This document shows positions 61,834-64,000 of a stretch of DNA of 64,000 nt, piece by piece. How positions within the stretch are numbered: the stretch's first letter is position 1; each line of letters starts with the position of its first letter. Origin of the DNA: Chloroflexota bacterium. Lineage in GTDB: Bacteria > Chloroflexota > UBA6077 > JACCZL01. A program made the translations under genes and the position numbers. Where the stretch lies: the NCBI GenBank assembly GCA_030447245.1, contig JAUJPG010000022.1, positions 21,885-85,884 of the forward strand. The letters run 5' to 3'. The notes under the pieces are model-generated. The model was not told where the DNA came from. It searched no databases and worked only from the letters and a program-made list of their open reading frames with translations.

Positions 61834-62385
61834 CTAGCCGAGCAGGCTTGCCAGGTCGGACTCTCGCTCTTCTCGCTGACCGTCCCGCGGTACACGGGAC
61901 AGCGTGACCGCCTGGGCTTCACCGGGCTCCGCCATCACCGCCAGCCGTGTGGCCAGACGACGGATGACCGCTTGTTCGTCCGTGCCCCCATCAGTCAGCG
62001 TGCGGCCGCCAAGGGCAGCGTTGCCGATCCAGGAGCCGTCAGGCAATTGCTGGACGTGTAGGACAGCCGGTTGGGCGGCCGCCCCTGGTCCCGTGCCGCC
62101 CAACTTCTCCGCCGCTGCCCGAGCCGTTTCGGTCGCGCGAGCCGCCGTGTCCTTGACCGACGTCGGCAGAGGCGCGTCCTGGATGGCCTGGCCGGCCCGC
62201 TCGACCGCGGTGGCGGCTATCGGCGCGGCAGACTGTGCCGTGCGACGCAGGGGCTCCCGCGTGGCGGCGAGCCACCGCTGAGCCTGCTCGCGAGCGGGCG
62301 CCGACCGATACAGCCAAGCGGCCAGCGCTCCCGCAGCCGCTGCGACCAACCCTTTCATAGTAGCTGCCTCCATCCCGGGATTCAT
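61834..62385 (-). CDS. hypothetical protein (Ala-rich)
   Basis: ORF with plausible N-terminal hydrophobic segment MKGLVAAAAGALAAWLY; could be an artefact of high GC. Confidence 0.3.
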   Translation of the reverse strand: MNPGMEAATMKGLVAAAAGALAAWLYRSAPAREQAQRWLAATREPLRRTAQSAAPIAATAVERAGQAIQDAPLPTSVKDTAARATETARAAAEKLGGTGPGAAAQPAVLHVQQLPDGSWIGNAALGGRTLTDGGTDEQAVIRRLATRLAVMAEPGEAQAVTLSRVPRDGQREERESDLASLLG

Positions 62386-62454
62386 TCCGTCGTTGGGCGT
62401 CCCAGCCCATGGGGCCTCGAACGAGGCCCCCGCTCCGATGCCTGACCACTCCAG

Positions 62455-62949
62455 CTACGTCGTGCTACCCTCGCGGTGCTCCTCGCCGCTGGTGATCGCC
62501 CGCTGCCCACCGGTCTCGATCTGGATGCGACGCGCCTTGGCGCGCTCGACCTTCGGCAGCGTCAGGCGGAGCACCCCATCCGCATACGTCGCCTGGACGG
62601 CATCCGTGTCGGCCGTGTCGGGCAGGCGCACGCTGCGGCTGAAGCGGCCGCTGCGGTACTCGCGGATCAGGTAGTTGCGCTCCTTCCGTTCCTCCTCGGC
62701 TTTCGTCTCACCTCGGATGGTGAGCACGCCCTGGTCGATGCTGACGTCGATGTCCTCGGGCTTCATGCCCGGCAGCTGGGTCTCGATGACGAAATTGTCG
62801 CCCTCCTCATACGCGTTCAAAGCGGGGCCGCCTCCACTGCCGAGCTGGCCCACTACACTCCGCGGCGCGACGAACGCATCTTCCAACAAACGGTCCATGA
62901 CCTGACGCAGGCCCAACGCCTGCCCAGCGGCACCCTGGCGCTCGATCAT
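62455..62949 (-). CDS. Hsp20/alpha-crystallin family small heat shock protein
   Basis: ALNAYEEGDNFVIETQLPGMKPEDIDVSIDQGVLTIRGETK...REYRSGRFSRSVRLPDTADTDAVQATYADGVLRLTLPK is the alpha-crystallin domain; RBS GGGAGGA lies before the ATG at 62949. Confidence 0.85.
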   Translation of the reverse strand: MIERQGAAGQALGLRQVMDRLLEDAFVAPRSVVGQLGSGGGPALNAYEEGDNFVIETQLPGMKPEDIDVSIDQGVLTIRGETKAEEERKERNYLIREYRSGRFSRSVRLPDTADTDAVQATYADGVLRLTLPKVERAKARRIQIETGGQRAITSGEEHREGSTT

Positions 62950-63146
62950 GATGTCCTCCCTGGTGATGTCTAGTGTCGTTGGGTTCCCTTGTAACACCCG
63001 ATCTGTTAGATGGCCACTAGAGGGATGTCAGATCACCGTCAGAATCGAGAGCGACGTCCCCAGTCCGACCCCGTCGGCCTGTCCAGATTGCCCAGCCGGA
63101 GGCAGCACCGTGCTGACATGCCGCGAGGCACGGCCTGGTTGACCAG

Positions 63147-64000
63147 TTAGGGGGTTGGGCTAGGCTGCGGGCTGGGTGCTAGCGTCGGTCCGGGCTTTGG
63201 CGGGGCGCCGGTCGGCTTCGGCTCAGCCGCGGGGGCTGGCGTCGTGTCGACCCGCGCCGGAGGAGACGGCTGCACGACGCCAGGCGACGGCGACGGCGAC
63301 GGCGCGGCGGGCATCACCCCCACCGCGACGGATCCCGGGCGTCGGCCCACGGGCAGCGTGGTGGTCGCCCGATTGGCGGCGGTGTCCCAGTACACCAGCG
63401 TGTTATCCGCGGTCGTCACGAAGATACGACCGGGCTCCCGCCCCGCGACGACCGCCAGCGCGCCCTGGCCCACGTCGAACTCGCCAGCGAGCTGGTTGGT
63501 CGCGAGGTCGATCCTGGCCAGGTTCTGGTTCGGCTCATTCGCCGTGACGTACAGGAAGCGGCCGTCCGCGCTCGCGGCCAGCCCGGTGAGGTTGGAGCGG
63601 GCCCGAATCGTGGCGAGCGGCCGATGCGCCTGGGCGTCGAGCACCACCACGCTGTCGGCGCCCGCGTCCAGCACGAACACCCGGGTCCCGTCGGGCGTGG
63701 CGTCGACGTCCGTCGGCCTGGAGCCGACCTGGACGGTCTCGAGCACGCGTCGGGCCTCGACGTCGACGACCGACACGGTCCCGGCGCCCTCGTTGGTCAC
63801 AAACGCCTTGACTGTCCCGCCCACGCCGACCACAACCACGCCGCGCGGCCGGTCGCCGACTTGGAGGGTAGCCGTCATGCCGCGGGTGACGGCGTCGAAG
63901 AGGGCCAGCGAGTTGTCGCCACTGTTAGCGACGTACCCCTGCCCGGCCCGGGCCGAGATCAGGAGTCCGTCCGGCTGGGAGCCGACCGTCACCTCGCCGA
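63147..64000 (-). CDS. YVTN-family beta-propeller repeat protein (5' end outside window) with Pro/Ser-rich C-terminal tail
   Basis: Repeated ...YVANSGDNSLALFD..., ...FVTNEGAGTVSVVD..., ...YVTANEPNQNLARID... are YVTN repeats; the reading frame stays open to the window edge. Confidence 0.6.
   Translation of the reverse strand, partial: GEVTVGSQPDGLLISARAGQGYVANSGDNSLALFDAVTRGMTATLQVGDRPRGVVVVGVGGTVKAFVTNEGAGTVSVVDVEARRVLETVQVGSRPTDVDATPDGTRVFVLDAGADSVVVLDAQAHRPLATIRARSNLTGLAASADGRFLYVTANEPNQNLARIDLATNQLAGEFDVGQGALAVVAGREPGRIFVTTADNTLVYWDTAANRATTTLPVGRRPGSVAVGVMPAAPSPSPSPGVVQPSPPARVDTTPAPAAEPKPTGAPPKPGPTLAPSPQPSPTP

Overview
High-GC (about 70%) bacterial chromosomal segment; the gene content suggests Chloroflexota/Thermomicrobia-like or Actinomycetota, but the taxon cannot be assigned from sequence alone. 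Ordinary chromosomal genes: argC 3' end, hemerythrin, CsbD, YflT-like and Hsp20 stress proteins, nitroreductase, MOSC protein, two FAH-family hydratases, pgi, enoyl-CoA hydratase, DEAD-box helicase, a class II aldolase-like gene, three F420/flavin-dependent LLM oxidoreductases, two membrane-anchored sulfite-oxidase-family molybdoenzymes, and several glycosyltransferase/glycosidase genes. Mobile DNA and gene decay: two different IS630-family copies with TA duplications and frameshifted transposases, a duplicated IS3/IS481-type remnant in a 2.3-kb stretch with no intact genes, and a 250-bp MITE-like palindromic repeat element. At least ten genes are broken by frameshifts, including two large cyclase/NB-ARC/TPR/LuxR regulators, a GT39 glycosyltransferase, a CARDB paralog and a GH-like gene. 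Intact genes of unusual architecture: a 1516-aa DUF2079-like membrane domain fused to a GH31 glycosidase, tandem CARDB secreted proteins, and an uncharacterised three-gene operon ending in a Cys-rich pentapeptide-repeat protein next to an IS630. No rRNA, tRNA or CRISPR array was seen. All family calls come from motif recognition by eye; no database search was run.
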